Of a stretch of 53,798 nt of DNA, positions 1 through 8,674 are shown piece by piece. The stretch spans positions 1-53,798 of the forward strand of contig NIVC01001640.1 of the NCBI GenBank assembly GCA_002269645.1, written 5' to 3'. The stretch's first letter is position 1. Each line of letters opens with the position of its first letter. The notes below the pieces were generated by a model. It made no database searches. It saw only the letters and a list, made by a program, of their open reading frames with translations, and was not told the origin of the DNA. The translations under genes were made by a program, and so were the position numbers. The stretch comes from Macrostomum lignano. Lineage: Eukaryota.

Positions 1-158
1 ATTGTAGGATAGGGATATTGTAGGATAGGATGTTGTAGGATAAAGATATTGTAGGATAGGGATATTGTAGGATAGGGATATTGTAGGATAGGGATATTGT
101 AGGATTGGGATATTGTAGGATAAAGATATTGTAGGATAGGGATATTGTAGGATAGGGA
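1..158. repeat. 16-bp minisatellite (GGGATATTGTAGGATA)n, left part; resumes at 9618
   Basis: Tandem units read directly; the same array continues at 9618-9740 on the far side of the element. Confidence 0.95.
153..158. repeat. Left target-site duplication TAGGGA (partner 9618-9623)
   Basis: Left flank ends ...GATAGGGA and right flank restarts TAGGGATATTG, so 6 bp of the 16-bp satellite unit are duplicated. Confidence 0.9.
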
Positions 159-1090
159 ACTACTAAGCAACGGCAGATGCGCGATTTTGGAGGTGAGGTG
201 GGTGTCAACCCTCCTCGCCTCTCATTGGCTGGCGCCCCGATCACTAGGTGATCGATACCCGTATCGATATCGGCGCTCGGCGCGCGCGCGCGCAGGCGCG
301 TGGCGCCAAGCGCCGTCCAGCCGCAGGCGACCCTCCCCAGCCACCGGCGACCCTCCCCAGCCGCAGGCGCACCTACCGATATGTATGCCACCCTACCGAT
401 ATGTACCCCGATATGTACACCCTCCCGAGCCGCAGGCGCACCCTCCAGCCGTAGGCGCCCATCCGCAGACGCCCATGCCGCAGACGCCCATGCCGCAGAC
501 GCCCATGCCGCAGGCACCCGAGTGTACACTCTACCGAGCCGCAGGCACCCCGAGTGTACACTCTACCGAGCCGCAGCACCCGAGTGTACACTCTACCGAT
601 ATGTACACTCTACACTCTCCGATATGTAGTCAACGATATTAGGCTAGTGAAAACTACTTATAGTAGGTGAAATTGAGTATATTTACATAAAAATGTAGAT
701 AAAACATATTGGTAGGTGAATAATGACGCATATTGCATATTAAAATGTACATATTGGAGCATATGAGCAGCAAAAACACACAATGTAGGTGTATGGGCAG
801 AAATAGACAAAGCAGGTACTGTAGGCGCTACATAGGTGGAAATACACACAGCAGGTTTACAAAGTGTACTTTCGATACATATCGGATTAATGTATAAAGC
901 AGGTTTACAAGGCATGCATAAGGTGTAGTTGTATAATACAGGCACGCATGTATAATCAGATTATAGGCAAACGCCCAGGTGCAACAGACGCGTAAATAAT
1001 GTCGCACCGACTAAAGAGTAAATATTGTCTAACCCGCAGGTGCATAAATTTTAAACAAAAGCGGTTCGGGGAAATCCCAAAAGGGAGGTT
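159..1090 (+). repeat. Left terminal inverted repeat (~0.93 kb) with internal 15-bp and 32-bp tandem repeats
   Basis: Reverse complement of ~8675-9617. The track ORFs 658-945(-) and 8820-9107(+) translate identically. Confidence 0.95.
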
Positions 1091-1401
1091 TTAGCCGCCC
1101 GTTTTCGCCACCGCCGCCGCCGCCCTAACCCTCTTATAGGTACAATTGCGTTGAAAGTATTTCGGTCATTAGGTTGTAATGACCTCCATATTTTAGGTGG
1201 GTGGACTCGAGCCCGGGGCCAGCCCATTTCAGTTTTTTGGGCCGGCCCCTCTGCCAATTTCCTCCCTAGGAGCGAGCTATCAGAATTGGTCTTTTAACCC
1301 CCGTGTATACACACATAGAGGCCCCCAGCTAGCGCCCATTCTAACCTACCCAGTGTACAGTGTTGGGTTCCCCAAACCGCGTACAAAGAGAAATACCCTT
1401 A

Positions 1402-2415
1402 TCAGTCAATCTCCATACGCTCCCTCAGGGCTGTCTCGTACGCGGCCTCTTCCTCCACGCTCTCGAAGCAGTAGTCGGATGACTGGCAATGTGGAAATTA
1501 TAACAGTCAATGTAGATAGAATATATGCAAGGTATATGATTAGATGAGTTGTGTATATAATGTAATATCTTACCAAATCTAAATCGTCCTCCAGCCGCCA
1601 CAGACGTAGAGACGCTGTATAGCGCACCAACGAAAGGTGCTCCTCCCAGTTGGAGGGCCATGCGACGGGCTCATCCCACGCAGTTGGCCGCGCTCCCGGA
1701 CCGGCCAGGTACGCCTCAGAGTCGGGGCATACGAATTGCGCCCCATCAACCAGTCCTGGTGCAGAGTCTCAGCCTCCAACACCTCCCGTAGGCCGGCACC
1801 CCTCGCAACCAAAGTATCAAGAACCCGATTAAAGGCTCTGACAAAGGTAGCTTGGGAGGGCAGCCCGCCAGGATGCCGAGACCTCAGCCAGTCAATGTCC
1901 CCGCGGAAAAATGAGGCCACAATGCGAGGAAAGCGCTCACGAACCACGGCGATCTCCTCAGACATATCCTCGTCCTCGTCGTCGAAGAGAAGGAGCGTAG
2001 CGGCTGATGATATTGAGGCCCGGTGGGAGGTAGTTGAAGCAGCAGCAGAGACGGGCGTAGTAGAGGCGGCAGCAGCAGAGACGGGCGCAGCAGAGGCAGG
2101 GCCGGTTGTGGTCAGCTCCTCAACAGAGACGTCAAAGAGGGCGGCTGAGGCGGTAGTCAAATCGGAGGCAGTAGCAGCAGGGGCACCGTTCACAACCCCG
2201 CCGATAGCCAGCAGCGGGAGGTCAAAAACTTCAGACTCGGTGTCGCTATCATAGGACATAGCCCAAGCTAGATATTGATCAGCCTCCCAATTATCACTTC
2301 CGTTGTTTTCAGTGCCTAGGGGAACTATGTGTTCAGGGATATCCCCGTCGAGGCTGGTTAACTCTTCAGTCGGGCGATTATTATCCCAGAGGTTGGATAG
2401 AGCTCGGCGGGACAT
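1402..2415 (-). CDS. Element ORF1: acidic, Ala/Ser/Thr-rich protein of unknown function, ~307 aa; exons 2415-1574 and 1482-1402; one apparent 1-nt deletion near 1743
   Basis: ATG at 2415 downstream of a TATA-like TATATAA (~2488-2494, minus strand). Adding one G in the GGGG run gives AQFVCPDSEAYLAG...RLEDDLDL ending at a GTAAG donor (1573). A CCAG acceptor (1483) then gives SSDYCFESVEEEAAYETALRERMEID*. Exon 1 length 842+1 is divisible by 3. Confidence 0.65.
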
Positions 2416-2530
2416 GCTAGAATCAACAGAGAGTAAAGTATTAGAGCTGAGATAGGGTTTGACTCTCTGGAGAGGGGGAAACACTAATTATATAGACGGA
2501 TCGAGTGAGGCGGTGCGAACCAATAGGAAA

Positions 2531-3064
2531 CTAGCAGTCCCAACCCTCGTTAAACAGATTTTCCCAGGGTGGAGATTGGTAGGGTTTGAGACCCATGAGC
2601 TGAAGAACATCCACCTCAGTCCCGGCTACCGGAGGCGTGTCTGTCTTGACTCGCTTGGCTGGAGGGGGTGCCTCAGGTGCCGGCTTGAAGAGCTTGTCCA
2701 AACGGGCGGCAAACATCCGGCGCCACAGTTCAGGCGTGAATTCGATCGTGTAGCGCCAATTAAACTTTGGGTCCTGATTGAGCCAATTGCGCAGCAAACG
2801 GATCCTCCCTCGCGAAGCTTCAACTGCCTTGAAATTGCCCAACAGGACCCGCTTGTTCACGTGAAGGCGGGCAGCAGCCTCCAGGTCAGGGCGCGCAGCT
2901 TCGAGCTTCTTCCACTCTGGCTCGGCCAAGTAGATTGCAGGGAAGCCGTCCTTCCACACTCCGGCCTCGTTGGTGTAGAGACGCCGAATTTCAATCAAGT
3001 TGTGTTCAGTTTCAAATGTGGGCTTCCGCGCCACAAAGTTTTCGTATAGAGAGATAGAAGACAT
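2531..3064 (-). CDS. Tandem PC4/Sub1-like ssDNA-binding protein, 177 aa, with PPPAKRVK NLS-like motif
   Basis: LIEIRRLYTNEAGVWKDGFPAIYLAEPEWKKL resembles the PC4 core (LIDIREYW..GEMKPGRKGISL..EQW..L). A second copy reads RIRLLRNW...TIEFTPELWRRM. ATG with upstream TATA. Confidence 0.75.
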   Translation of the reverse strand: MSSISLYENFVARKPTFETEHNLIEIRRLYTNEAGVWKDGFPAIYLAEPEWKKLEAARPDLEAAARLHVNKRVLLGNFKAVEASRGRIRLLRNWLNQDPKFNWRYTIEFTPELWRRMFAARLDKLFKPAPEAPPPAKRVKTDTPPVAGTEVDVLQLMGLKPYQSPPWENLFNEGWDC

Positions 3065-3305
3065 GATTTAGCAGCAGCAGCAGCAGAGAGCTCTCTGACA
3101 GCCGTGCAGCGCCTTATATACCCCCGGTGGAGGGTGGGGTGGGTGATGATTTTGGGGTGATTTTTGATGATTTTGGTTGGTTTTTGGCGATTTATCCAAT
3201 AACAGGCGAGCTGAGCAGATTTTTTAGTATATATACAGACCCCCAGAGCCAGGGTAGAGAGATAAATCCTTCTCTCTCCGCTCTCTCACGCTCTCTGTTT
3301 GCAAA
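3065..3305. promoter_or_regulatory. Divergent promoter between the PC4-like and pPolB genes
   Basis: TATATAAG on the minus strand (~3113-3120), a G-rich box at 3129-3144, TATATATA on the plus strand (~3228-3235), and a CT-rich leader before the ATG at 3306. Confidence 0.55.
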
Positions 3306-6300
3306 ATGGCTAAACGCAGCGCCGCAGCAACTGCTTTCCTGGCTGACAAGAGGCAACGTCTTTATGGTAAGTTTTAATTAATTTCTGTCTAGACTGTAGT
3401 TGCTAGGGTGGGGGTAGGGGCTGAGCAGCAGCAGCAGCTGCAGGGTCTGTGGGACCGCAGAGTAAACAACAAAGACTGCTGCGACAGCTGCAGGGGTCTA
3501 GACTGGAGTTGCTAGGGTGGGGTGCTGCGGCAGGGTCTGTAACAGAGAGTTGCAGGGGAGGGCTAGACAAGTTTCAGCCGGGTGTGTGCTGATAAGAAAT
3601 TGCTGCTAGGGGGGTGTTGTCCAGACAGGCTGCAGCTGGGGTGCAAATTGCTGCGACAGAGAGTTGCAGGGGTGAGTAAACAAAGACTGGGGTGGGGGGG
3701 TTGTCTAGACAGGGAGGGGTGTGCTGATAAGAAATTGCTGCAAAAACAGACAGTTGCTAGGGTGCTGCGGCAGATAAGAAATTGCTGCAGAATCGTTGGG
3801 GCAGGCTAGACAAGTTACAGCCAGGTGGGGCAGAGAGTTGCTGGGACAGACTGGGGCTGCAGATAGGGCGCTACCCAGACAGGCTGCAGCTAGGTGCAAA
3901 TTGCTGCGACAGAGAGTTGCAGGGGTGAGTAAACAAAGACTGCTGCGACAGGCTGCAGCGGGGGTGCAGATAAGAAATTGCAGAGAGTTGCTGCGGGGAC
4001 AGCAGAGTAAACTCTGTTAAGAAATTGCTGGGGCTAGGGCGGGGAAACACGCTGGGGCCAGGAAAATGACAGATTCTTCTGGTTTTTTATCTCCTTGTGT
4101 TTTTTCAGACGCGTTTGTCCCGCCAACACAGCCGGAATCTGTTACCGGACCGGGTGAGTTATCCCGCCCCCCATTTCCCACACAGACCCTAGCTGACTCA
4201 CACTCCCCCATTCCCCCATGCAGGTTTTACGGCCAGGCTGGATAATCAGCGTGACCTGCCCAAGTTTAGGGCAAAGGGTGTCGAGTATGTGGTGCATATT
4301 ACCAACACCGAAGATTTGCGGGAGGTGTTTGCTGACATGCTCGAAGTTTTCAAGCAAGATTTGGCTGGTGATGACTTTATGGCCGCGAAATTCGAGAGCG
4401 ACAATATGCTCAAAGCGGCCCACACTCCCCCGGTGCGTGCAGCCCGCATGACGGCTGAATTGTTGTTTAAGCACATTGACAAGATTGTGCAGTCGATGCA
4501 CGTACTGTCGAGCAACTTTTCTATCCGTCTGCTAAAAGCCTGGGTACCTCGAGGTGGATGTGCTCTCGAGAACAAGCATCTAGAAGAGCGGCACGCCTTC
4601 TCCAAGCACTATGTCCGCATCACCAACTCGGACAAGAGATGCCTGCTGCGCGCTCTGGTCGTGGCCTGCGCCTACCTGCAATTCGTGGCCAAGTCCATCA
4701 CCAAGCGGTGTGGCACACAATCAAGGCCAATTCGCCCACGCAGACTAAGCTGGTGGCTGAGCTACAAATCGAAGCTGGCCTCTACACGGTAAGTTTCTAG
4801 TATTTTTCTGATAAGAATTTTTACACAGTCGTGGAATACTAAAATTTTCTGATAATAATTTTTACACAGTATCGTGGAATACTAAAAGATATATTTTCTG
4901 ATAAGATTTTTTACACAGTATCAGGGAATACTAAAAGAAATATTTTACCCTCCACACAGACTCTTCAAACCGTCTCGCAGGCTGGTCCTTTCGGGTTGGA
5001 TGCACTGCCCGAAGCGATCCGTGCCCTGAACCGGCTGCATCCGGGGCGCGATTTTGGTGTACGCGTGTACCGGCAGAGGAGGCCAACAGGTGCATCTTCA
5101 ACCTGCCTGGCACCGAGATTCTGCACCTGCACCTGGTCGAGCAGCACTTTAATGTGGTCACCAAGCTGCCTGCGTTTTTCGGCTCTGATCACTACTGCCC
5201 AAGTGCGAGATGGCCTACGACTGCGCCAACGCCGAAGCACAAGTGCGCTGATGCCTGCAGTACATGCAAGACTCCGGGCTCCAACTGTAAGGCAAACCGC
5301 GCATATGTAAGATGCCATGATTGCGGGCTAAATTGCTATAATGCTCAGTGCCTAGAAAATCACAAGCGCAAGAATAAGGCGGCAGATCGCGCTGTGATTC
5401 GGTCCACGTTTGCGGCACGTGTGGCTATCTAGAAGAACTAAAAGTAGGCCAGCCCCCTGAGCATCAGTGTGGTTATGCCAAGTGCCCAGTCTGCAAGCAG
5501 TACGACGAAACTGCCACCCACGAGTGCTTTGTCACCCCGCCCAAAGCCAAAGAGTCTAGCGCCCCGTATGTTTACTATGATTTCGAGACGTACGTGGACT
5601 CTGGCAAGCAGCACCGGGTACACTTGGTTACGGCTGCCACCTCCTGCGAGGCGTGTCCCAAACTCTTCCCCAGGCCCCGCTGCAGCGTGTGCGGGGGACT
5701 ACACAGCTCAGCCAATTGCATTGCGGGACGCGATTTGGCACTGGATTTCACGAGCTGTGTCTCGCACAATGACTGTGCCTGTGGGATGCGAGAGTTTGTA
5801 TCTGTCGGGCCGCACTCTATCGATGCATTTTACTGCTGGCTGACTAGTGTGTTCAAGCAGGGGGCAATTGCTATTGCGCACAATGGCTCTGCGTATGACG
5901 CATTCCTCCTGCTCGGCGCCCTACTCAACGGACTGGCCAAGAAGAAGCCGCAAGTGATCTTCCAGAACAGCCGCCTAATGTATATGAAGTGCGACAAGAT
6001 CACCTTCAAGGACAGCCTCAATTTCATCCCTATTGGTCTGGCGCAATTCCCAAAGGCGCTTGGTTTGGGCACCCAACTGACCAAAGGAGATTTCCCGCAC
6101 GTGTTTAACCAGCCTCAAAATTGGGGGTACGTCGGTCCCTACTGCTCAATTGATATGTATGGAGGAAAGAAGAATAAGCAGCATGACTCCATCGCCGACT
6201 GGCTGGCCAAGCAGGAGGGACAGGTGTTTAATTTTAATAAGGAGTACCTGGACTATTGCCTGCAGGACACGTTAATTTTGCGGGAAGGCTGCCTGAAATA

Positions 6301-8320
6301 TGCCCGCCTGATTAAGGACATTTGCGGACTGGACGCATTTGTTCAATCCAACACCATTGCGGGCTTGGCCATGTCGGTATTCACCACCAAGTTTATGGAG
6401 CCCAACACTCTTGGGGTGATTTCCCGCCGGTCCGATGTACAGTCGCACAAGGCGCGGTGCTGGCTGGCACATTTGAATGCAACCGAGTTTGGCGGCCGGT
6501 TGCGGACAGCGGACTCGGGCGGTGAGGCTTTCGCCATGGGTCGTAAGGTCGACGGCTTCGACCCAGAGACCAGGACAGTGCTGCAGTTTCATGGCTGCTT
6601 CTTCCATGGCTGTCCCAAGTGCTTCCCCAACGGCGACGTGCTGCACCCGCTCAAGAACCAGCCAATGCGGGCGATTTATGAGGAGACTGAGCGCTTCACC
6701 CGGTTGCTCTCCACTGCATACAATGTGCGTGTTCTGTGGGAGCACGACTATCAGGACGAGGGAGCGCCAGTCCAGCAGCCTATTCGCCTGGAGGATGCCC
6801 TGTTTGGCGGCCGTACCGAGGCTTTTGTCCCGCACGCCGAGGCCACCGAGACTGTAGAGCTGCGCTATCGGGATGTGGTAAGTTTGTACACTTGTACACA
6901 CACAGTTGACATGCGTTTGAGTTTATCTTATCCTTATCCCCTAGGTGTCGCTCTACCCGACTGTCAACAAGTTTGACAAGTACCCGGTCGGGCACCCGGT
7001 ACACCACCCCGAGCCTCATCTACTGGATGAGCTGCAGCTGGCCCGGTATTTTGGCATCGCCGAGGTGTCGATTCTGCCGCCAACCAATCTCCACATCCCG
7101 CTACTGCCCGCCAAGATTAACAAGAAGTTGGTTTTCGGCCTCTGCCGCGTCTGCATGGAGACCCAGTGCAGCAGCGAGTGTACACACACTGACGCTGAGA
7201 GAATGCTCCGCGGCACGTGGTCGACCCCAGAGCTCCACAAGGCCCTGCAGTTGGGTTACAAGCTGCAGTCAGTTCATGCCCTGGCCTATTGGACCGAGAC
7301 TCGCACGGGTCTGTTTGCAGATTATGTAAACACTTTTTTAAAGCTCAAAGCCGAGTCTAGCGGTTCGCCAGGGATGACTGAGGGCGCCAAGGCTGCCTAC
7401 ATGGCCAGCTTTTTCGAGCGCGAGGGCGTCCGGCTGGAAAAGGTGGAGGAGAATCCTGGCTTGCGCTTTGTGGCCAAGATTTTTCTAAACTCGTAAGTTT
7501 TTTCTACTTGCAGTGGGGGCCGTGTTTTTCTACTTACAAAAAAAAATTTATTTTTCCCTGCAGGCTCTGGGGCAAATTCTGCCAGCGCGACGACCTGACC
7601 TCCACAGAGATTGTGGACAGCTACGAGGCGTGGCTGCAGCGCCTGACCGACCCCTCGATCAAGGTCAAGTCGTGCGAGCCAATTGGGGAGAGCTTCATGA
7701 TGCTCGAGTACAAGCCCCGATTTGGCGGTGCTGGCGAGCGGGCGTTCAAGTACGCTAATGTGCCTATTGGCGTTTTCACCACCTCCCACGCCCGGCTGCG
7801 ACTCTACGAGGCTCTGGAGGGCCTAGGAACCCGAGTCATTTACGCCGATACTGATTCGTAAGTAATTTTTTCACTGTCTCTGTCTCTCTTTCTCCCCTTA
7901 ACACTTTATTCTCCTCCTTCTCCCAGGGTTGTATACCGCTGCTCCCCGGGCGAGTACGAGCCTCCGGGCGGTTCGAGTTTGGGGCAGTGGACTGACGAGG
8001 TACCTGCTGGCTGCCGCATGGTACAGTTCACCACGGGAGGCCCCAAGCTCTACCGGTACGTGGTGGAGAAGCCCGACAGGTCGCTGTACTCGGTGCTCAA
8101 GTGCAAGGGCATCAGAGTCACCCCCGAGATTTCCGAGCGCGAGGACGAGCTGCAGGAAATTCTGCGCCACGGGGGCTCTGTCCGCCTGCCCCAGGCCCAG
8201 TTCAGGCGCGATAAGGCTAGCTGTACAATAAGGACCCTCGAGATGGACAAGACTTTCCAGCGCGTAATGACTAAGAGAGTGTATGGGGCCGCTAGCCGCC
8301 CGTATGGCTTTCGGGAGTGA
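3306..8320 (+). CDS. pPolB: Protein-primed family B DNA polymerase (Polinton type), ~1270 aa, 7 exons: 3306-3366, 4109-4153, 4224-4788, 4981(or 4960)-6877, 6945-7492, 7564-7857, 7927-8320; five small apparent indels at ~4706, 5075, 5200, 5234, 5385
   Basis: ExoI YYDFET, ExoII AHNGSAYD, ExoIII YCLQD; Pol A RDV|VSLYP, Pol B KIFLNS|LWGKF, Pol C YADTDS|; GGPKLY, KCKG and C-terminal RPYGF; N-terminal RGG, DKRCLLRALVVA, HFNVVTKLPAFFG and CxxC clusters. All introns are GT-AG with consistent phases. Confidence 0.92.
3385..4040. repeat. Degenerate repeats in pPolB intron 1 (GATAAGAAATTGCTGC, GAGAGTTGCAGGGG modules)
   Basis: Multiple shuffled copies visible. Confidence 0.7.
4800..4945. repeat. About three tandem copies of a ~45-50-bp unit in pPolB intron 3
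   Basis: TTTTCTGATAAGAATTTTTACACAGT...GGAATACTAAAA repeated. Confidence 0.8.
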
Positions 8321-8674
8321 GTGAAAGATAAGGATCTGTCTTTGCACGCCTGGGATTCCCCTATGTGCCCACTTGGGATCCCTTGACTCGTGGGGATGAA
8401 AATGGTTTTACGCCCGCACTGTACTTAGGGGTCCTTACTCATTTGGCACCTCCACTGTACATTGAGCGGGATCCCCTCAAGTGTTAAAACTCCCATTTGA
8501 CACCTATTCCCTCGGGGCGGTTTGTGGCCCAGCGGTCCGCCTCTTGGAGTAGAACTCCTGACATGAACTTGCTGCGCTGATTAGCGTACTGATAGCGCAA
8601 TCGAAATACGTCCATTTTTCTAGCCCACTTGTGGGTTTAATTGTGTTGAAAGTATATCGGGTCATTAGGCCGTG

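Noticed and set aside
187-945. ORFs inside the TIRs (187-642, 300-629, 658-945 and mirror copies 8820-9620)
   Set aside because: Non-ATG starts and low-complexity translations of tandem repeats; frames differ between the two arms wherever indels occur.
1455-1482. LxCxE retinoblastoma-binding motif in ORF1 (DYCFE)
   Set aside because: The first position is Asp, not Leu, so it is only a partial match.
3306-8320. Host replicative polymerase (Pol alpha/delta/zeta) gene
   Set aside because: The motif context (KGDFPH, GGPKLY, KCKG, RPYGF, Vsr-like insert) and enclosure in TIRs indicate the protein-primed mobile class.
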